DNA from: Marsupella aquatica
Lineage: Eukaryota; Plantae; Marchantiophyta
Assembly (NCBI GenBank): GCA_973895155.1
Contig: OZ316894.1
Coordinates: 124,001-188,000 of the forward strand
DNA length: 64,000 nt
Direction: 5' to 3'
Part shown: positions 58,644 through 64,000 of the stretch, in pieces
How positions within the stretch are numbered: position 1 is the stretch's first letter
Layout of the letters: each line of letters begins with the position of its first letter
The notes under the pieces: generated by a model
What the model was told of the DNA's origin: nothing
Seen by the model: the letters and a program-made list of their open reading frames with translations, nothing else
The model's database searches: none
Translations under genes and position numbers: made by a program

Positions 58644-61600
58644 GTGATGCCTAGCCAGGAATCACTGGGCTAGTTTAAAGTGGAAAAGGGAAGTGTACCC
58701 TAGAAACACCTTAGTATAGTTACAGAAATGAGGAAAATATAAACAATTAAGGGTGACTATGGAACCCAAGCCGAGGCCGGAAGTAAGGATGCCAAGGGAA
58801 AGAACACGATTAGGGTTAGGGCACGCTAAAGTGCCGGCGGCTAGGGGTCACCAACGGGAGAGGAACGCCGAGGAGGAGAGGGGTAAGGACCACTCGCGAG
58901 GAATAGTGGCTCATTTGCAGGCACGAATTGGGCAGACGACTACAGGCGGCCAACTATTGTCAACTGCTTAGGCAAGCACTCAGGGTGGGAGTAGATATCG
59001 GCTATCAAAATCGATTAGGGTATGAGCAACGTCAATCAAGCGGCACATTTTTGGGGATGCCTGTTCGAACGGGCAACTGAGTACATTGGTACTTACGAGG
59101 ACGAAGAATCGGAGAGAGCAGCTCGAGAACGGCAGGAGCTTGCTTGATTGTGGGAGCTGCAGAAAGCTGCCTTCTTAGGAGGAGAACTAATCAAGGCCGA
59201 ATTCTTGTGGACTCCTACTACCAATCAACTCGACGACCTCCTGTTTTGCGAAGACAGAGTCGTCGGCATCCGCGAAGCCATCAAACGCTGCAACGACCTA
59301 CACTGGGAGTTGAAGGGTAGCACGGAGGGGTGGACAAAGGCAACCATGCTCGGAGAGACATCCACGGCAGCCGAGATGAAGAGGAAGGGGAATAACAACA
59401 ACGAGGCCACCCGGGCAAAAAGAACGAGGTCGGCGGCACCAAAGAAACCAGCCAAACAACAGAGCAAGAGGCAGAGAGAAGCCGAGGAGGAGGAGGTCGA
59501 CCCCATCAACGCCGTTCCAACAAGAGATGACACCTGGAAAGGCTGGGCGGCGATCCTCCCCGAGGAGGTCCAATTACACTTTGCAAGAGAGGAGGATGCA
59601 TGCTTTACGGCTATGCAGACTCGGAAGTATCAGGGCTTCATGGCCGGATCCGGCTTGGAAGCCTTCGTAAGGTTACCGTGGCTGAAGCCGGAGGTGCCGA
59701 ATTCAGACTTACTGGAATTCGTGGGATCATGGGAGTCCGAGACCAATTCCACAAGGGTGTATGGGAAGGATTTCTATCTCACTCCCCAGGTGATTGCCGA
59801 GGTGTTTGGGTTGCCAATGGGCAATAAGACCAAGGTAGATACCAGGAAGACCTTGCCAGACACGGAGTTCAGGTCGTTTCCAGGGCCTTCAACGAAGAAT
59901 GGCTTCTTTCGTAGCACTTGCACCAACCCGCATATAGGAGAGATGATCGATTTCTTGCGGGTAACCATGCATTGCAACTGGCCGAGAGCAGAGATCGGCA
60001 AGGCACAGGTCTATCTGGCAGAGAGGCCAGACCCAAGCCGGGACTACAACGGTTACCTCCTCACTCAACTAAAGAAGATCTTGAAGGAGGAACAGCTGGT
60101 GATCGGCAAGGGAAGCGTGTCCCGGCTTGGTTATCACATGCCGCTATTGTGCCGGTATGCCCGGAGTAAGACCTTTGCCCCGGTACTTCCCCTACAGGCA
60201 AGGGCACCAGAGGAGGTTCTGGAATAGAGGCCGGCAACGGAGAAACCCAACCCGCCCGACAGTCCTACAATTGAGCAGGTGTTTAGGCCAAGGACGGAGG
60301 ACTTGCCGATGCAACAACCAGGCATGCAGAATCTGCTGAAACTGCTGGAGAAAGAAAAGAGAACGGCATCGGCAACGACAACAACAACGGCAACAATGCA
60401 GGACACTGCTCCAGAGGTAGGCCTAAACCGGCTTACAAGGGAAAACCCCTTTACTGGAGTCAAGGAGAGAAAGAGGCCGGAACATGAGCCAGGAGTCCGG
60501 ATGTATGTAGGAGCCTCTAGTCCCGAAGCCGAAGAGAAGCAAGCCGTAGCTCCCGGCCACGACAAGGAGAACAGGAGATCAACACGGAAGCCGGAGGAGG
60601 AACCAAGACCGGCAAGAGGTGAAGCCGTGTTCACGACAAAACCAGGAGAACAGCAGGAGAAGCCGGTAGTCCAAGCCGAGGAGGAGGCGGTGGAGGACTA
60701 CAGCAATGATAACTCCGACTACGGGTCGGATCATCATGTTCCAGGAGTAAGGACCTGTGGCCGGTTCATCCCCACGCTCCCAAGAGTAGTCCAAGGAAAC
60801 CCGAGCCAGTAGAGCAGCCTCGAGTCTCCCTCGCCAGATGTCGCTCCCCCGAGCTTTGACGGCACAAAACAGACGGCGCAGGAATTTCAGGAGCAAATCA
60901 GGGAGGAAGAGGAGGCAGCCCTGGCTAGGGAGAAGGATTTACCAGGAGGAGAATGGCCAGAGGACATCAGGCGGCTTGCAGAAAAACAAAGCAGCCCGCC
61001 AGCCACAATAGAAGAGATCCGCAAGGCGGCTTGGGAACAAAGGCCGCGGTGGATGATGCCGATGACTGCTACTTCCTCCACCTATGCTAAAAATAGAGCC
61101 ATGGAGTACGGGGAGATGTGTGGAGAGCTGGCGCTCAGCATCTTTGGGGAGGAGTTGGAGCAGGGACCCTTTTTCCAGAGGGAGATGTTGGAGAAGCGCC
61201 AATTAGAAGAAGCGGTGGCTTTGGAAAGAAGCAAGAAGGACGAGGTCATCCGTCGGCTTAGGGAAAGGGAAGCCAAAATCAAGGACCTGAGGGCGGCCAA
61301 GAGAGCCCAAGATGAGCTGCGGATTAAGCGGCATGAGCTAAATATCATGTAGGGCCAGTTGGATACCGCACAGTCAGACAACCGGATTATCGAGAATAAA
61401 CTGACTCGAACCTTAGATGAGTTGGCCGATGCGATCAAGGAGCGAGAGAAGTGGAAGCGAGAGCTGAGGAATGCAGAGGAGGCCCACATAACAGCCAACA
61501 ACCGGGCCATGGCGGAAACCCAAAGAAAGGAATGGGCGTTGAAGGGGGAGCTCGAAAAAATCCGCGGAGCCCTTGAGCAGAAGGAGGCCGAGTTAGGGAA

Positions 61601-61809
61601 ATCCTATCAAGGGATTATTGCGCTACAGCAGGAGCTTGCGTCCCTGACGGCCAGCTTCAAGGCCGACCTACGGGAGAAGGACAAGATGTTCGATCAGACT
61701 TACGCCAAGATGAACCAGATGGAGTCTGTCATCATTGCGGAGCTTGACAAGGAGTTAAGAGCAACCCGGGAGGAGAGAGCTGCGTTTAAGAAGGAGTTGG
61801 AGGAAGCCG
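58644..61809 (+). mobile_element. Start of another ORF-containing LTR (TGTGATG...) with an accessory protein pseudogene at 59148-61809
   Basis: LLEFVGSWES..VYGKDFYLTPQVIAEVFGLP..IDFLRVTMHCNWPRAEI, followed by a coiled coil with in-frame stops. Confidence 0.6.
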
Positions 61810-62669
61810 ATTCCCGCAGGTTTCGCGCTTGGCGAGGCCGTTTCCGTGGCTTAGCGGCATGGGATGCTGCTAACCTTCTACTACTACTATTAACATTTTA
61901 CACACATATACTGGACAGATCCTTCATCGGGTCATGAGATACGTAGCCGGCCTAATCTAGGCCTTCCCCTGTCTTCCCCTCCGTCTTGTTAGGTATGTTT
62001 GGATTCCGCCGCCGGAATGATCCCCAATAGGCTTGGTTCAGCCGCTAAGACCTCTCTCAGCTCGACACATCCAACTCTCACTCCCCTGCTTACTTTCCTT
62101 CCTTCTGGTTGATGTGGGCACTCTTCACACAAGTTAATGCGACACACAAATAGCAAAATGACTCATTCTGACTGAGTCATACCATGCACTTGCCATACAA
62201 ACAGTACATCTCATACACAAGTTCTGCGAACTAAGCCGTGAGGCCAACTCTATTCAGCTCTTAGGCATGAGGAAACATGAATATACACAAGGGTCATTGT
62301 ATGACTAACCGAGAGCTTCTCGTACTACTTGATCCCAGCCCGGCTGGTGCAAACTAAAAACTTGCTAAAGAAGAGGCCCTGAGCTCCCCGCTGCCCAGGT
62401 ACTTATCCTGGTAGTGGATCCGCCATTCTTTGCATCGTAAGCCTAATCAACCTAACAGTAATCTACTTGCCCGAATCTACCTATGTACAGCAAGGCAGGA
62501 GCACAAGTGTTGCTCCTACCAGTGGGACCGCAATCCCACTAAGCTAAGTGTCAGGGCCGCTCCTGGTTCTGATCCTAATCCTAAACGTGGAGATCTGCGC
62601 CCGCCCTGCCCACTCATGCCTCCTCCCTCCACGTCCGCCCTCCCTAAAAGGAACGGCGCCCTTGCACCG

Positions 62670-64000
62670 TCACGACACCGGTGGTGGATCCTTAATGGAC
62701 GCCCCCAACGCTTCCTCCTCAGCCACTGCCGTAGGCTCATTCCCTGACAGATTACCTGCCCTTGACTGAGTCAACTCTCCATCGGCCTGACTGGGTCCAC
62801 CATCGGCGTCAGCATCGGCTCGGGAATTGGTTACGGCCTCAGCCTCGGCTACGGTCTCCCCGGCCTGCTCAAGAGGCGGATCTGGAATACCGGCCTCATT
62901 ACTGAGTAGTTTGGCTTGGGCCGCACCACCCCCACCTGTGATGATAGCGGGATCTATTGCCGTATTCATGCCGGAGGATGGTGCTGGTTCTACCTCTTTG
63001 GTCACCACGGCTTGTGGAGTCGGATTACTCCTTGACCCTGAAGGTTTCCGCTTTTTCTTCTTTTCTGGTTCGGCAGCTGGTCCCTTCCCCTTCCCACTTA
63101 CTTCCGGCACTGGTGCAGTTGGCGCGGCTTTTTCTTCGGCCAGTACCACTCCTGGTAACTTGGTTGCCCCAATTGGAGTTGGGCCTGATGAAGACAAGCA
63201 CTCAAATACTGCGGCTTGTTTCTTCAGCCGCTCCGTTTGGTTGTCGGCCCGCCGCTGGAGGTTCTCCATCTTCCTCGTGATTTCCTCCAACTCCTCCTGG
63301 GTCTCATCCAGGTCCTTGCGTGCCTCCTCTAGTTCCTTCTGGGCTTCCTCCCGTTCTTGTTTCAAGGTAGTCCTCTCCTCCTGGGTTGCTCTTAGCTCCT
63401 TGTCGAGCTCTGCAATGATGACAGACTCCATCTGGTTCATCTTGGCGTAAGTCTGTTCGAGCATCTCGTCCTTCTCCCTTAGGTCGGCCTTGAAGCTGGC
63501 CGTGAGGGACGCAAGCTCCTGCTGCAGCGCCATAATCCCTTGATAGGATTTCCCTAACTCGGCCTCCTTCTGCTCAAGGGCTTCGCGGATTTTCTCGAGC
63601 TCCCCTTTCAACGCCCATTCCTTTCTTTGGGTCTCCGCCATGGCCCGGCTGTTGGCTGTTATGTGGGCCTCCTCTGTATTCTTCAGCTCTTGCTTCCACT
63701 TCTCCCTCTCTTTGATCGTGTTGGCCAACTCTCCCTGCGTCTGAGTCAGTTTATCCTTGATATTCTGATTATCAGCCTGTGCGGTGTCCAACTGCCCCTG
63801 CATGATGTTCAGCTCATGTCGTTTAATCCGCAGTTCATCTTGGGCTTTCTTGGCCGCCCTTAGATCTTCAATCTCGGCTTCCATCCTCCTAAGCCGCCGA
63901 ATGACCTCGTCCTTCTTGCTTCTCTCTAAAGCCATCGCTTCTTCTAATTGGTGCTTCTCCAACTGCTCCCTATGGAAAAAGGGTCCTACCTCCAACTCCT
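62670..64000 (-). CDS. Coiled-coil accessory protein, inverted paralogue of 61053-61809; runs off the window
   Basis: GPFF.RE.LEK.QLEEA.ALERSKKDEVIRRLR...ETQRKEWALKGELEKIR is shared with the plus-strand copy. Confidence 0.75.
   Translation of the reverse strand, partial: ELEVGPFFHREQLEKHQLEEAMALERSKKDEVIRRLRRMEAEIEDLRAAKKAQDELRIKRHELNIMQGQLDTAQADNQNIKDKLTQTQGELANTIKEREKWKQELKNTEEAHITANSRAMAETQRKEWALKGELEKIREALEQKEAELGKSYQGIMALQQELASLTASFKADLREKDEMLEQTYAKMNQMESVIIAELDKELRATQEERTTLKQEREEAQKELEEARKDLDETQEELEEITRKMENLQRRADNQTERLKKQAAVFECLSSSGPTPIGATKLPGVVLAEEKAAPTAPVPEVSGKGKGPAAEPEKKKKRKPSGSRSNPTPQAVVTKEVEPAPSSGMNTAIDPAIITGGGGAAQAKLLSNEAGIPDPPLEQAGETVAEAEAVTNSRADADADGGPSQADGELTQSRAGNLSGNEPTAVAEEEALGASIKDPPPVS

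Noticed and set aside
59148-64000. Host myosin/SMC-like or env gene
   Set aside because: Generic coiled coil, repeated in TE context with stops; no transmembrane or motor domain seen.

Overview
Eukaryotic, almost certainly land-plant DNA (TTTAGGG repeats, GT-AG introns, CACTA and Ty3/Gypsy elements). The window is a nest of transposons with no recognisable host gene. In order: the 3' part of a CACTA element carrying a full-length Ty3/Gypsy element (1344-15141) with 3.85-kb protein-coding LTRs; a Gypsy integrase/LTR remnant; a Mutator-like element of about 25 kb (GCM-like domain, MULE DDE core, SWIM finger) whose transposase is split by an 11.9-kb TIR element (26919-38850, DUF7869/Sola-like transposase); then further Gypsy pol and ORF-bearing LTR fragments. 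The main signal is that both DNA transposons, from unrelated superfamilies, carry an intron-containing gene for a ParB/Srx-like domain joined to an N4C/N6A DNA-methyltransferase-like fold. Each element also has its own palindromic motif, concentrated in introns and intergenic DNA. This suggests a ParB/parS-like, transposon-encoded chromatin or anti-silencing module. All domain calls are from motif recognition by eye and need HMM or structure confirmation.
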